From NCBI GenBank assembly GCA_044892525.1, contig CM097885.1, forward strand, positions 14,200,001-14,264,000: a stretch of DNA of 64,000 nucleotides, in the 5' to 3' direction. The stretch's first letter is position 1; every line of letters begins with the position of its first letter. The stretch is from Schmidtea polychroa (lineage: Eukaryota). Of this stretch, positions 35,038 to 50,407 are shown piece by piece. Position numbers and translations under genes: made by a program. The notes under the pieces are model-generated. The model saw nothing but the letters and a program-made list of their open reading frames with translations. It searched no databases and had not been told where the DNA came from.

Positions 35038-35782
35038 CGGTATCCCGTCAAAAGGGCCCAGATATTACGGGTCTGAGGAAACGGCCACCGACATAAAAGC
35101 CTCTGATATAAAGACCCCCGAAAAACCGACCCCTGTTAAAAGGGTCCCCAACAATAGAACCGCTTAAACACTAAGTATACAAAAACACACTGTTTCCGGA
35201 AGTTTCATACACGATCAACAACTATACACTTATCCACACTCGCTCTGGAAACCCTAAATTCTGTTTTACCTCACCGACACATATTCTCTTCCTGACCAGC
35301 CTGATACATTCACTCTTGCAAAGGCATTCCGTGAATTCTTCACTGACAAGATTCATCGAATTCGTGCCAAATTTACTATTCCGGCTTCTCCTGGTCCATA
35401 TGATATTCAAACTTCTCTTTCGCCAAAACCTTTCCATGGTACTATATGCATGTGTAATAACAAATGTATAGAACCTATCGTAAACAGTCTAAATCGTCTG
35501 TAGTCAGAGATTAGTAGGCATTCTTTTGGCCTTTACTAAATGACGCTTATAAAGTTACGGATGACGTCGTTTTGAAGTCAACATACGTACAATCTTTCTT
35601 TTCTACATACAAATATTTCAATCTTCGCGGTCCTTTTGACGTGGGCCCTTTTGACAGGGATCGTTTTTGGCAAGGACTCTTTTATCAGAGGCCCATTTTT
35701 CAGGGCCGTTTTGCCAAGGGCCTTCTTGTTGTGGATCGTAATATTGGGGCCATATTATTGTGGCCCTTTTGACGGGTTTCCG
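35038..35782. mobile_element. TIR element (copy 2)
   Basis: Same as 3543-4287. Confidence 0.6.
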
Positions 35783-36294
35783 TGCAACCACCATGTTGGG
35801 AATGTAGATAGTCGTTTAAAATAAATAAGAAAGTGAGCTCTATTTCTAAAAGTAGATTACGAGTTGGGAGAACAATCTATGTTTATCCTTGCAAATTTCG
35901 GCCTTTTCCTGCTGTTGCTCACACTTTACCATATTTCTTTTCGTAACTACACTTAACTATTGATTTTACAACTAAATGCCCGTCGCTAGAGACATTGGTG
36001 CTCCAATTTAGTTGGTGACTGTGCTGTTCGTGATCCTTATGGTTATTATCACACGTTTGTTGTTATTATTATCATAATTAATTTAATTTCAAAAACAAAA
36101 TATTGTCAAGAAAGAATTAAAAAATAATGATAGCAGGATTAAATTTAATAATGTAGAACCTTTATATAATAAAATTTGTAATTTTAAAAAGTTTCCTTTA
36201 AATAATTTTAAATGTTATAGTTATTTTATTGCTGATCGATCTTTAATAAATAATAATAATAATCCTAAGAATCAAGAAGAGTATAATGAAATTA

Positions 36295-38682
36295 AAGAAG
36301 CTGAATATAATAATAAAATAGTAAATGAAAAAGTTTATAGATTTATTAAAAAGGCAGAAGATAAATTAGAGAGAAATGAAATTGGGTGGATTAATAAAAT
36401 ATCAGAGGAGCAAAATATTTTCACTAAAGATGAATGGAAACGACCGATACTGAGTTATGACAAAATGCAATATAAACCGAGTACAACTCTAGAAATTCAG
36501 AGCTATAGAGTGGAATGCTTACTAGATACAGAAGCAAGAGTAAATGTAATGGCAGAAGCAGTTGTGGACAAATTAGTGAATGTGAAAATCATAAAAACAG
36601 ATAAGATGTTAAGATGTGCAAATGATAGTAAATTAGAGACAATCGGAAAAATACATTTTGAAGTTAGAATTGGTAATATGGAAAGAAAAATAACATTTAT
36701 AATAGTTAAAAATAATGTTCCAGATATAATAGGCGGAGTGGAGTTGCAGAAAGAGTTTGGAATTGAATTAAACTACATCAAGCAAAATGAAGAAGGATAT
36801 AATGAATTTGTGTGTGAAATAGTAGCTAGATTTGATGAAAGGATTACAGATAACGAGAGATGTCAAAAAGTAATAGAAATTCTAAGATTAAATGAAGATA
36901 AAAGACTGTTAGAGATTGTTGAAAACAATAAAAGCGTTTTTATGGCTAATAACTGGGATATTGGATGTACTGATTTAATTGCACATAAAATCATCACAAA
37001 AGAAGGGCCAATTATGATAAAACCCAGAAGACAACCCATCAATTTAGAGGAGAAAATAAATGCTGCTATAAAAAATTTAGAAAATAATGATAACATAAGA
37101 AGATGTAATTCACCTTGGAATACGCCGTTAGTATGCGTGTGAAAAAAAGACAAAAAAGATATCAGACTTTGTTTAGATTTTAGAGCTTAATAAGATTACT
37201 GAAAGACAAGCTTTTCCTATGCCGAATGTAGAAGAAATTCTAGATACATTACATGGATCTAAGTACTTTAGTTCTATAGACCTTGGGAACGCTTATTATT
37301 AGGTGAAATTGGACATAGAATCGCAAGAAAAGACAGGATTTTCCACTAAAGAAGGGCAATTTTGTTTTAATAGAATGCCTTTTGGCATTGCGGCGACACC
37401 GGGTACATTCCAAGAGTTAATGATAAAAATATTGAAAGATCTATGGAAAGAAGGAGTTATGGTGTATTTAGACGATATTTTAATTTTTACAAGAACAATT
37501 GAAGAACATTGAAATGTGTTTGGAAAAGTTCTAGAGAAAATAAGGGAATCTAAACTGAGAATCAACCCAGAAAAATGTCAGTTATTAAAGAGCGAAGTAA
37601 AGTTTTTAGGACACATTATTAACATTCAGGGGATTCGGACAGATCAAAGTAAAATTGAGGCTATTAAAGAATTTGAGAAGCTTTTTAGGTATATGTAACT
37701 ATTATCTGAGATTTATTAAGGAATATGCAACAAAATCAAGAGCGCTAGAAAGCATATGTGGAAGCAATAGTGAAAAATTAATCTGGACTGAGGAATGTGA
37801 GAAAGCTTTTGAAGAAATGAAAATGGCGTTGACTACAGCGCCAATTCTCGTATTTCCAGATTTCAAGAAAGAATTCATATTAGATACAGACGCAAGCTTT
37901 GATACAATTGGAGCTGTATTATCACAAAGAGATGAAATGGAGCATGAACACGTTATTGCATATGGATCCCATGCAATTAGTAGCCATGAAAGAGGATATT
38001 ATATAACACGAAAAGAGCTTTTGGCTATATATTATTTCTGTCACCATTTCAACCATTATTTATACGGTAAACGGTTTGTTTTGCGCACTGATCATAAAGC
38101 AATAACTTTTATGTTAACGACAAAGAAGCCGATAACAGCACAGTTCCAAACGTGGATAAATTACTTGAGCAGTTTAGACATAAAAATGGAGTTCAGAAAA
38201 GGTACGGCGCATACGAATGCAGATATGCTGTCTAGAAATACATGCGGCAAATGTGTACAATGTTTGATGGACCATTATAACCCCAAATCAGGGCGATTAA
38301 AAACTAGATTGTTAACATTGATGACCGAAAATAATGGAAATGAATGGCAAAAAGATAATGCAGAAATACAAGAAATAAAAGATCAAATAAATGAAAGGAA
38401 AAATAATAAATATATTTTAAAAGGAAATATTATTTATACCAATCAAAACAAAATATGGATACCAGAAACAAAAAGACGAGAAATGATTAAGGAAACACAT
38501 TTATTATTATGCCACGCAGGAGTAGAAAAAGTTATGAAATATATTAGGAACAATTTTGATATGGAAGATTTGCTAAATGAAGTAAAAGAGACTATTTCAA
38601 TATGTGAAACAAAGTTTTAACTACAAAGTCAAAAGAAAAAACCCAAGTAATTCAAGCTTCAGAACCCATGGAGAAAATATAC

Positions 38683-38685
<3 letters not shown>
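36295..38685 (+). mobile_element. degenerate Gypsy pol (copy 2)
   Basis: Same as 4800-7190. Confidence 0.93.
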
Positions 38686-38776
<91 letters not shown>

Positions 38777-39211
38777 TATTACTAGAATTCTCGGTCGACC
38801 TCTGTAACTGCAATCTGTCGAAAAAGAAAGATTGTAATGGGTTTTTTTGAAGCTAGTAATATTTAACATAGAAAATGTAGCTTGAATTAATTCACCATTT
38901 TAGAGATTTTCCTGTTTTTGCAACTGAATTATAAATAACAATGAGCCAAGAAATTTGCTTCTATTATTGGCCTGATGATGTTTGCTACTGAAATATTCAT
39001 TTGAATGATTTTTGAAAATCTTAAAATTAATCTGCCGGTAGGCTAATAATTTGATATCATTTTTAACTTCATCATATCTTCAACTGACACTATTGTCAAG
39101 ACATTTAAAATTATTCAAATTGTCTTATAAAATAATATTTGTTTTTAAGTTTAAATAAAATTTGGAAATAATTAACGACATCGGTTAATTTTGTAATTAA
39201 ATCCAATAATT

Positions 39212-39304
<93 letters not shown>

Positions 39305-39565
39305 TTCATAATAATAATAATAATATTCATAATAATAATAATGTTAATGATAATAATAAATCGTTATCAATCTATTTTTTAAGTCTGTGATAGATTGGCA
39401 TTACTTATTCTAAATGACCAATCAGAAAATGTTGAAATTTCTGTTACTATTTTTAGAAACGCGTTGTCATTCAATCCACGGTGGAGAATTTGATGCAATT
39501 CAGAATCACTATAAATATTCAATATTTTCTATGATTTTTATTATTCGATTTCATTATTGTATTAA

Positions 39566-40194
39566 ATGGGAATACTTTTCAGTAGATTATACAAATTGCT
39601 AAACGAGTTATCTCAATCTGATCCTCGGAGAATCCTAATGTTGGGATTGGATGCTGCTGGTAAAACCACAATTCTATACAAATTGAAACTCAATGAAACT
39701 GTGACAACGATTCCAACAATCGGATTCAATGTGGAGGAAGTTTCAATTGGGAAAGGTTTGAAATTCACAATTTGGGATGTGGGAGGTCAAGAGAAGATTC
39801 GACGGTTATGGAGACATTACTATACAAATTGCCATGGATTGATTTATGTAGTGGACAGCAATGATGTGGAAAGGTTGAAGGAATCAAGAGATGAATTATT
39901 TACGATTGCTAAATGTGACGAGATGAGAAATGTAAATCTAGATTTGATAGGAAATTGAAATGTTTAACATTGATTCAGATTCCAATAGTGGTGATTGCAA
40001 ACAAACAAGATTTACCAAATGCCATGTCACCAAGTAGAATTGTGGAAGGGTTAGAATTATCGAAACTGGAGCGCACTCACAAATGGCATCTGCAGGCATG
40101 TTGTGCAGTTTCCGGTGATGGACTGTACGAGGCATTGGAAGCAGCAGGGAAATTATCATCAGAATACTTGAAGAGTTGTAAATCATTTCGGTAG
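39566..40194 (+). CDS. ARF/ARL GTPase (copy 2), intron 39932-39978
   Basis: Same as 8071-8699. Confidence 0.92.
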
Positions 40195-40383
40195 ATTGTT
40201 GGAAAGGTTTTCTGAAGGGAGATTGCGAGACATATTTTCAATAAAATTATTTTTCTGTTTTTTATTTTGTATTTTTGAATAATATTTGTAAAAATTTATT
40301 TAAATAAAATTCAAAACGATGCGAATTTGTCAATTAATATTATCATAATTTTATTCATCAAGCATAATTATTGTAATAAATTG

Positions 40384-40588
40384 GGTATAAGGACAATACC
40401 CCCATAACAATATCATCTTGGATAATATACCCTCGGACAATATCCCCCGGGCAATTAATTTATAATTACTAGTTAATAAACTACAATGTATTTATTATTA
40501 TATTCATACTAAAATATATGCATTATTAACAAGAGTGGGGGGCATTTGTCCAGGTGGATATTGTCCGTGGGGATATTGTCCTATACTC
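40384..40588. mobile_element. Mutator-like MITE (copy 2)
   Basis: Same as 8889-9093. Confidence 0.75.
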
Positions 40589-41323
40589 AATAAATTGACC
40601 ATGCATTATTTTATAACATATTTTATTACAACATAATGTTTAAATAAGAAAACAAATATTTTACATAAAGGATAAAAATATATTCATTATACATTCTTAG
40701 TTAGATCAGACTTTGTGTTAGATAATTATATGGGGAGAGGAGGCAAAGTTAAGGACCGTCCCAGGTGGCACAAACTCTTGCTACGCCACTGCATTTTTGA
40801 ATATATAATTAATTTGCATTCGAATTTTATGCACAGTATTGTTATGCGGAATCAGAAAACTATACAAACTATTTTATTATTTTATTTGTAATTTTTATTT
40901 ATAAATATATTGTGATAAAATGACATAATTCATTATTAATTAATAAAGTAAAAACTTAATTTTATTGAATAATTCAATTCTACTGACAAATTAATCAGTA
41001 GTTAATTCTTTTCACATTTTGATTTCGATATATAAATGAATTTTATCACTGAATATTTTATATTTATATTTAATTTTCAAAATTTTATGACAGAAATAAA
41101 AGAACTGATTACCTAAAGAATATGATGATGAGATAAAGGATGGCCCTTGCAAGTAAAAGCAATTGTAATTCAACTTCATGATAATTGGAGTTGAGATTAT
41201 CAAAATTATCCTCTAATCAATAGGATTGATAATATTTATGATTATAATTTTATATTATAAGAGAAATTATATTAATGGAATGCAAATGTGTAAAATTGGA
41301 TAAAAAAGAAAATTTTCAAAAAT

Positions 41324-41410
41324 CGCTGGAAAGGTGGAATCGAACCACTTCGGTGTCAACCGACTACAGGTTTGAAGCCTGCACCCCGGACCGCCGAGGC
41401 TCATCCCAGC
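41324..41410 (-). tRNA. tRNA-Sec (copy 2)
   Basis: Same as 9829-9915. Confidence 0.95.
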
Positions 41411-42776
41411 AATTATGAATTTCTAATTTTCTTATAAATAGATTATATACACTTTACATTTTATTTATAATTATTATTGCTGCAAGTTATTTATTGTAAA
41501 TTAATTAAATTCCAGTACAAAGTTGATGTTATCGATATCTCTAGCAAATATATTAATAATTTTATCTTCTTCTGAAAAATTTCTCCAATTATTACCCTTA
41601 TGCGGACAAGGCTGAAAACTAGCGCCAAATTATGTATTAGTATTATAAAAACTTATTAAATCTTTTAATTATTTTCAGATTATTATATTTAAGTAATATA
41701 AGTAAAGAAGTATTTAATTATATTACATATTATATCTAATATAATACCTTTCTAAAGTTGCTGTTGAAAATTTTGCAGAGAAAAAATCTAGAAGAAAATG
41801 TTTCTAAATTAATGTTTTTTTTATTTATGAATTGTATTTCATGTTAATATCTTTTATATATGAATAACTGTAATATTATTTTCGAAATTAAACTAATATT
41901 TACTATATAACAACAGGAAACAAAATAACCATATTTAGTTTTTAAAAAAAGATTATAAAAGGGCCCCATAAGATTTTTAGAATTGGGGCCCCTCTAGACC
42001 CGGATTGAATGTTTTATTGACTTTCTTCCTAATACTGAATATTCAGATAATTAGATGAACAATTCTGTAATTTATACTCTCAAAACATATGATATAAAAA
42101 ATGTGAATGGCTGAGGTCAGTCATGCAATAATGCAGCTCATATGGCTTCTATTCTTATTTCCATATCTAGAATTTTTCACAGAATTCCTGAACCAGCCCG
42201 AAAAGAAACATTCAAAATATCAATTAACTGGGAAGCTCAGTTGAAGGGTGGCTTTCCTTAGTCTATGAGCTCAATATGATGTGCCCATAATATGGTCAAA
42301 TAGAATGGAGAAAAAATCGAAATCGGTGCACCAGAAAATCGATGATAGAAAAAAAATATTTTGGCATCTTATTTTGCAGTTGGTATCTAACAGAATGATT
42401 AAACTGTCAACCGATGCAATAAAAAATAATAATTTCATCTATGTTGCATTCAGGAATTTGAATTTTAATATTTTAAAAGAAAAACTACATAATATTTTAA
42501 ACGATACAATTATTAATGACGAAAATGTCCTTCTAATTAGAGGTTGTGATCGAAAATTCTCAACAATTTACAATTTCTCAATTCTCGAGAATTTCAATTT
42601 ATTTCTCGATAGAAAAGATAATTTAAATCAAATTAATTTTAAACTACTGAAAAAGAGGAAATACATTTTCTAATAATAATTTTTTTAAAAGTAAGATTAA
42701 AGCAATAAATCGATAATATCGTACTAAAATTTTTCTTCTTTAAACGTAAGCACATTATGAAAAAAATAAAAAAAAA

Positions 42777-43985
42777 ACTGGCTTTTTTAAAATTTTAAAC
42801 AATTAAATAATTTATTTTAATTTCAATGTTTAAGCCATCAAATGGAGCAGACACATTACGAAAATTGTTGGTAACATTTTAAAAAAAAACCTGGGGATAA
42901 AGATATAGCTGTTTGTAATCTATGTAAAAAATCTATATCATGCAAAGCATCCCTTCATCGGCAAAAGTATAAAAAAGCAGGGATTTTCTTTGCCATAGCG
43001 GCCATCAGATGTCATGAATTCGGTGTATAAGTATTATTGCTTAGTGAAAGATAAACTAGTTTTTAAAATCAAATCGCTAAAAGAACAGGATTCCAAATTT
43101 AGTTTGTCTACTGGCTTTTTTAAATTTTAAACAATTAAATAATTTAATTTTAATTTCAATGTTTAAGTCAGTGTTTCTCAAACGGTGTGCCGTGAGGTTG
43201 AACCAGGTGTGCCGCGAGACTTTTTTTTGCAAAAAAATTTGGTAATAAAAAAAATTTACAAAAACTATATCAAGCTTCTGTGGATCAAAATTACAAAGAA
43301 TTGTCTTTATTAACTTATAAAAATCGCTCGTAATCATATTTAATTAGTATAGACTAAAAGGTAGCTTTTTTATATATCATTGAAAAGTCAAAAAATTTGA
43401 AAAAATATTTGATTTTTGGACAGGTGTGCCGTGAGCGAGAAAAGTCTGAGAAACACTGGTTTAAGCCATCAAATGGAGCAGACACATTACGAAAATTGTT
43501 GGCAATATTTAAAAATAACCTGGGATAAGGATATAGCTGTTTGTAATCTATGTAAAAAATCGATATCATGCAAAGCATCCCAAACAACTGGACCTCGTCG
43601 ACATTTAACTGGTCATCATAGCATGAAGAAGATAGCAACAGCAACTGCAGGCAGTTCAAAAACCATTAACGCTTGAAAAATCTGTGACTGTCACGAATGC
43701 AAATAGTGATATTGAAACATTGGAAGAAATTGTGGCTAAATTAGCAGCCAAAGTTGGTTTCAGTATTTTGGCTATAACTAAAAGCGAGTTTATTCGTAAA
43801 AGTATAAAAAAGCAGCGATTTTTTTTGCCACAGCGGCCATCAGATGTCATGAATTCGGTGTATGAGTATTATTGCTTAGTGAAAGATAAACTAGTTTTTA
43901 AAATTAAATCGCTAAAAGAACAGAATTTTAAATTTAGTTTGTCTATTGATGAATGGACCAGTTTCAAAAAAGACGGTACATTAAT
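42777..43985 (+). mobile_element. hAT remnant with MITE at 43169-43458 (copy 2)
   Basis: Same as 11282-12490. Confidence 0.8.
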
Positions 43986-46034
43986 GTGTTGGTTACCTAG
44001 AGGGAAGAACTACACCATCCCATATGCTCAGGCAAAAATGATCTAGATAACCTTCATGAGTTGACAATTATATCCCCTTGCGTATACCCGTGACGATGTA
44101 ACACGTTGGTATTGTATACGAAGGTCGAAGTCTACCAGCAGGTGAGCTCCGATGGTAGAACTTCTCCCGGTAGAACTCGCGGTTCGGATTCAAGAGTGCC
44201 GTAGAAGGGCTTACCTCGCTTCTTTCTCTTCAAACCGGCGTCCTGGTCCAAGGGACGTCTCTCCACAATAGAATTTACACTATTTAAACGTTTCGCTCAA
44301 TTTTTACCATAAAATTCAGAAAAACTAAATATAACGCAAGTTTTTCTTTCTCAGTACATTTATTTGTGCCATACAACACATACAACAATCATAACAGGTT
44401 TTCTCCTTTACAGATTAACGGATAGGATGTCTTTGTACTGTTGGTTACTTAGGGGTGTATCATTTTTACATTTTAAAATGCGTTAGGGGTAATCATAATC
44501 GTTAAACTCTTTCCTAAGCACCTCCATGACTATTGAAATTTAAACCATTTGTGTACCCATGGTGACGACCATGTTGGTACTGTACACAAAGGCGAAAAAA
44601 CAATGAGCAGGTGAGCTCTATTACTAAAACTACTCCCCATTGTATTTTCTTTTCGGGTTCTAGACTGCCGATAGAAGGTTTTACGTCATTATTCACTATG
44701 TATGCTGTTTTTAGATCATTTGTGGTCCTCAATTACGGATATTTCCTATTGCTCTCTTACAAAAATTTTTCGCAGGGATCCGCCCTTATTTTCCAGCTAA
44801 TAATTATTATTCTACACTTCCTACAATATCTAAATTATCCTTTGAAAAATTTGAGCACGGATTGGCCCTTATTTTCAAGTTAATCCACGCTTCCCATTAT
44901 ATTTAAGTTATACTTCAAAAAAATTTGAGCAGGGATCTGCCTGTATTCTCAGTCCTAACCTACATTTGACCACAGTACTTCCAGCGATAGGACCCGTGAG
45001 GAAGCCCCCACATTCCGGCCCAATCCAGCTGCGCGATTGAAAAACCAGCATACCCACCAGTCTGAGCATCCCGAAGGTACCTCAAACCATGATATGCTGA
45101 ATCTCAAATCAGCGGTACTAACGTTCGTAATCAGTTAGTATAAAAATTGAACACAATAAAAAATTATTATTTAATATCTGCAACTAAATGAAATTAAACA
45201 ATTAAAAGAAAATAACAAAAGAAAATTTAACTAAAAATTTTATTGCATATTAAATTTAATCATCTAGTAAAATTACTACAACAATAAAAAATAAATTACC
45301 AAATCCACGTGGGCATAAAATCGAAAACTGAGAGCTTCACTGTCTACAACTAAATTTTGATGTTAGAGAAAAAGTAGTTTTTTTAAATGAATTTGTGATC
45401 AGTATTTATACTGATTTTTCATGCATTTGCTGCCACTCTATCCAATCAGAGTGCGAGAAATTTTTAATTAGTCTTGCATACCTGCATGAGTGTGTGCAAT
45501 TGTTTATTTGTTTTAATTCAATAAATTTAATTAATTTCTTATTTAATTTTTATTAATTTTAATTTTATAAATAATTTGAGTTATATTAATTTTTATTAAT
45601 TTAAAAATTTTTATTCTTTAAATTTAATAAGTTAAATAACCATTTAATTCTATAAACTTTACAATTTATATAATGCTAACTAATTTTATTATTTTTGACG
45701 ATTTAATTTTTATATTGTTTAAATAATTTTCAACTAATTCTATTTTATATTTTATTATTTTTCTATTTAAATTTTTAAGTGTTGAATTTTTTGTTAAATT
45801 TATTTATCTCTTATTCTATTATACGGGGTTTATTGGTTCTTAATGTGTGATGTAATTTATTTCATTTATTTTAAATTAAACCTTGGTCATAAATTTTCCA
45901 ACTTTGCGGTTTTTGTGTTAGGTATTTTCGATCGATTAAAACAAACTCTCAGTTCTCGGCTTTAGCCCAACAGTACACTTTCTCCCGGGATACGAACGAA
46001 ATTGAATATTATAAGATAACGCCAATCAAACATT

Positions 46035-46527
46035 TTTTTCACGATTAATTTCGACAGTTTTCCTGTCATCATCAGGTGGGATATAATACTCATTAAATAA
46101 AGGATTTTAAACAAATTTAATTATATATAAAAAATTTTTATTTTATAAAAAATATTATTTTTTAAAAACTTTAACATTTAAAATTTAATTTAATAATTTA
46201 AAAATTTAAAAATTTTTTATTAATTATTTAATTTAACACAACAATCAATACATACAATACACAAAAGCTTATTTAAAAACACTCAACACACAAGTATTTA
46301 CAGCATTCTGCACATTAATTTTCGGATTCAATGATTTTATCAACAACGCCTCACAAATCACACGTTCCCAATAATTATCGAAGTTTTTTAATAAAATTTT
46401 AAAATCAGACATACCTATTTTAATCTTACAGCCCTTATTGTGCTCATCAATATGGGTCAAAGACTTCGGTATACAATATTCTCGAGCTCGAATACAGAGA
46501 TGACGGGAAGTCTCTCCAATGTATGTG
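46035..46527 (-). mobile_element. Penelope 3' fragment with hammerhead at 46040-46078 (copy 2)
   Basis: Same as 14540-15032. Confidence 0.85.
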
Positions 46528-47238
46528 AGTAGAAGGATTGGAGCCCGCTAGACCAGGAGCCCGCTGGACCACATATACCCACCCCCCCGACCGGAAAATT
46601 TTTTAAAAATTTTCTAAGTCTAAAAGTACATTTTTTTTCAAGGTCAAATTTTAAACAAAGACATATGACTCATCAAGGTCACTTAAACAAAGACCACGAC
46701 TCATCAATACCATTCTCAAGGTCATATGACTCATCGTGATGACTCATCAACAAAGACCACGACTCATCAATACCATTCTCAAGGTCATATGACTCATCGT
46801 GATGACTCATCAACAAAGGCCATGACTCATCAATACCATTCTCAAGGTCATATGACTCATTGTGATGACTCATCAAGGTCATATTATTATTTTTAAAAAA
46901 TATTATTATTTTATTATTATTATTCAAAATATTATTAGTGGTCCAGCGGGCTCCTGGTTTTCGTTTGCCCAAAAGTTGTCGTTCCAATCATTTTATTTCA
47001 TCGTTTGATAGCTCATTTTAAAGCTTAGTGCAAGACCTTTCGAATGAGCTATTGAAGGTATCATCATCATTAATATTGACAAAGTTATTATCGTTTTCCC
47101 GAGACCATTTTCAAGGTCATATAATTATTATTAGTATTAGTATTAATCTATATACTCCGAGTTTATCCGACAAAATATTTTGTCCCCCCTATGGGTAATG
47201 CTCACAAGGGTACTGCTCGCGCTCAACAACTCGCAATG

Positions 47239-47280
<42 letters not shown>

Positions 47281-47431
47281 GTTTTAGCACACACTCATTA
47301 TACCAATATGAATTTAGTTTTCATGGTGTATCAAATCAAAACTCCTATTTTTATAGTATATCAACCAATCAGAACATATGTTATTTCAGTAGTAATATAA
47401 ATAAAGCAGTATATTAAAAATTATTATAAAA

Positions 47432-47960
47432 ATGTCTCAATTTAGTGAAAATGTTCTAAACGGAATTGTCACCGCGAATATAGTCGACAGCCTCAATTTC
47501 CTGATCAATCGAACTGAACAAATCATTGAAGGTGAACATATCGATTATCAGCAAATGATGGAGATAGAATCCCTGGAAACCAAGAAGTATTACTTCAATA
47601 GAATATTTCAGTGTCTTTTCGATAAAGACATGAAATGGACAAGGATAATTGTAGGATTCACCTACATGAAGATAATCATTGCAAAAGGTCAACATGACTC
47701 AGAACATTATTATCAGTGGTCTTTAGAAGTAAGATTTCTTTTATAATCTACATATATATTTTAATAATATTCATTTCTAGATAATCAAGTCCAAGTTTAC
47801 CCCATGGATAGAAGCCAATGGCGGATGGGGTGTATTAAATAAACTGGCCTGCAATTTTAAAGAAACTGATGAAATCAAAAGAAAAATGAAAAACTATATA
47901 AAACTTACAACTGGAGTTGTTATAATGTATATTTTCTGTAGATATATGAATAAAAATTAA
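47432..47960 (+). CDS. Bcl-2-family protein (copy 2)
   Basis: Same as 15937-16465. Confidence 0.8.
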
Positions 47961-48471
47961 TGTTATTGTTTTTAATAGTATATTTAAATGAAAATAATTC
48001 AATTTTAAAATTTATTAACACATTCGCAATCATCATCTCCACATTTCATTATATTTTCAACGACATGATCAATACAATCATTCGTAATATTATCTTTAGG
48101 TTCCTCTATAGGTTCATAGATTTCGTCATCAATTTCTTGAGTTTCTTCCTCATCATCAAATCCTGTATCTTGACTCTCAACTACCCAGCCCATATTTAAT
48201 GCATTTGTAACAGATAATATATCCTCAATTTTTACCCCAGATATTTCAGCTAATTTTGCCAACAAAAAGTTGATTACAAATTCTAAATAATAAATAATTT
48301 GGAAATTAATTAATCATGTTAACCTTTTTCTGCAGACATTATTAACACTTTAAAACTATATTATAAGTTTGTTTATAGATTTTCTTTGTTAAATTTGCAT
48401 GTCATTTGCATTTATGTTGCAATTAATAAAGAGAAAAACAAATCTGACTAATACATTTATTAAATATAACA

Positions 48472-48882
48472 TTAAAATATTTGTGAAAGTCTAGCAGACA
48501 TAATTTTCCAAATAGGAGAATATACATCATTATTATCAACTTTATATCCCTGGATTGCAATTGTTATATACCAATTTTCATTTTCTTTGAAACTGATTTC
48601 ATCAAAAGCATCATAAAATCTTGCATATCTATTGTTGAACCATGCATGTTGATTACACGATAGTTTCGAATCTATCCGTTTAAAAACATCATCAATAGTT
48701 TTGACATCAATCATTGAAAGCGTGCCGGATAAGAATTGAAATTTAGTTGGAATTAGCTTGACTGGTGCAACCAATTTCATATTGATTTCTTCTTTCAAAA
48801 AATACATTTTGTAGTTGTGGAACATTTGAACTGGTTGTACCATTTCTTTAGGTTTTTCGGTGCTTGAAATTTTCTTAGTCAT
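48472..48882 (-). CDS. hypothetical / possible SSB (copy 2)
   Basis: Same as 16977-17387. Confidence 0.55.
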   Translation of the reverse strand: MTKKISSTEKPKEMVQPVQMFHNYKMYFLKEEINMKLVAPVKLIPTKFQFLSGTLSMIDVKTIDDVFKRIDSKLSCNQHAWFNNRYARFYDAFDEISFKENENWYITIAIQGYKVDNNDVYSPIWKIMSARLSQIF

Positions 48883-49061
48883 CGTGAATAATGAATAAAT
48901 TTAAATGTTACAGGGTTTTTATACCATTGACTCATGCCTATCAACCAATCAGATTATAGCATGTCTTTGTTTAAATTGCATTCAAAATGCATTGATGTTG
49001 CATTGTCACATGTTCTATTATTTTTATTAATGTTTTATTATTATTAATGTTTTATTATTTC

Positions 49062-49145
<84 letters not shown>

Positions 49146-49156
49146 TTTATTATTTC

Positions 49157-49213
<57 letters not shown>

Positions 49214-49241
49214 TTTATTATTATTAATGTTTTATTATTTC

Positions 49242-49274
<33 letters not shown>

Positions 49275-49870
49275 TTTATTATTAATGTTTTATTATTTCT
49301 ATTTCTATTATTATTATTAATGTTTTATTATTATTATTTCAAATATAAAAAAGATAAAACACAATAAAAAATACATTTATTGGTAACCAAAATCTACAAT
49401 CCGGGAGTAGTGAAACCTTCTCAGAGTTTTCACTAACTCCCATTCGACATATCGCCGATATCGATCGGCACAGCATGAGCATCCGATGATGCATTGGTAC
49501 TCCGGCTCCATTTGCTTCATTGTTCTGTTGATTTTCACATCCCATAAAAATTGGTGAAAGACCTCCATTATTCTAATTTGCGTGGCATAAAAAATCAAAT
49601 CTGGTATGATTTCCGGTTCCCGATCTTTGATTACTTCAGCAATTTGCGGATAATAATATTTTATCCTGTTAATCATTATTTCTAAATATTTTTCTAAAAT
49701 AATAAATATAAAAAAAATGTGAAAATAAAATTTTAAATTTACCATAGTCATCAATATCCTTCATGAGATTCGCGGCGCTCGGAATTTTGTACATGTTGTT
49801 GTTGAATAAATGAATCCTAAACAAAAACCGTTTGTTTAAATCAATCAATAACCAATTAGAAATTAACCAA

Positions 49871-50308
49871 TTAGAAATCGACCAATGAAATTATCTCATT
49901 TCGAACCTTGTCAACAAATTCTCTATACTCCAAATTTCTCAACCCCAACATGACAACCTTTCCACTAGCAAACACGTTGACACATATAGGGTTATATTTT
50001 AATAGTCTTAGTGCCGGAAACAATTCCGGTTCAAACATACAATCACATTTTTTCGACATGTTATATAGATTGATACTATGTCCCATATCCATAGTAACGG
50101 TAATTGATTGGATTATAATATTATTTATTCGATATTGTAATTTATTAATATCCAAAGGTTTCTTACATCCCATGATTCGGCATTTACCAGTCTTGAAAAA
50201 TATTATCGGATATTTCAGACTTCTATCGATAATTTGCTGGGGTTTCCCTGGTGGGAACCTCATATTCGATACATCAAAATTTCCTCGATAATTTATATTT
50301 GCTAACAT
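49871..50308 (-). CDS. TBP homologue (copy 2)
   Basis: Same as 18373-18810. Confidence 0.88.
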   Translation of the reverse strand: MLANINYRGNFDVSNMRFPPGKPQQIIDRSLKYPIIFFKTGKCRIMGCKKPLDINKLQYRINNIIIQSITVTMDMGHSINLYNMSKKCDCMFEPELFPALRLLKYNPICVNVFASGKVVMLGLRNLEYREFVDKVRNEIISLVDF

Positions 50309-50407
50309 TATTAAATCATTTATGAAAATTAGTCTTTATATATAAATTGAGCACGAGTTCATTAAATCATCGAATATAAACAAATACACATTTATAAAAT
50401 CTTTGAA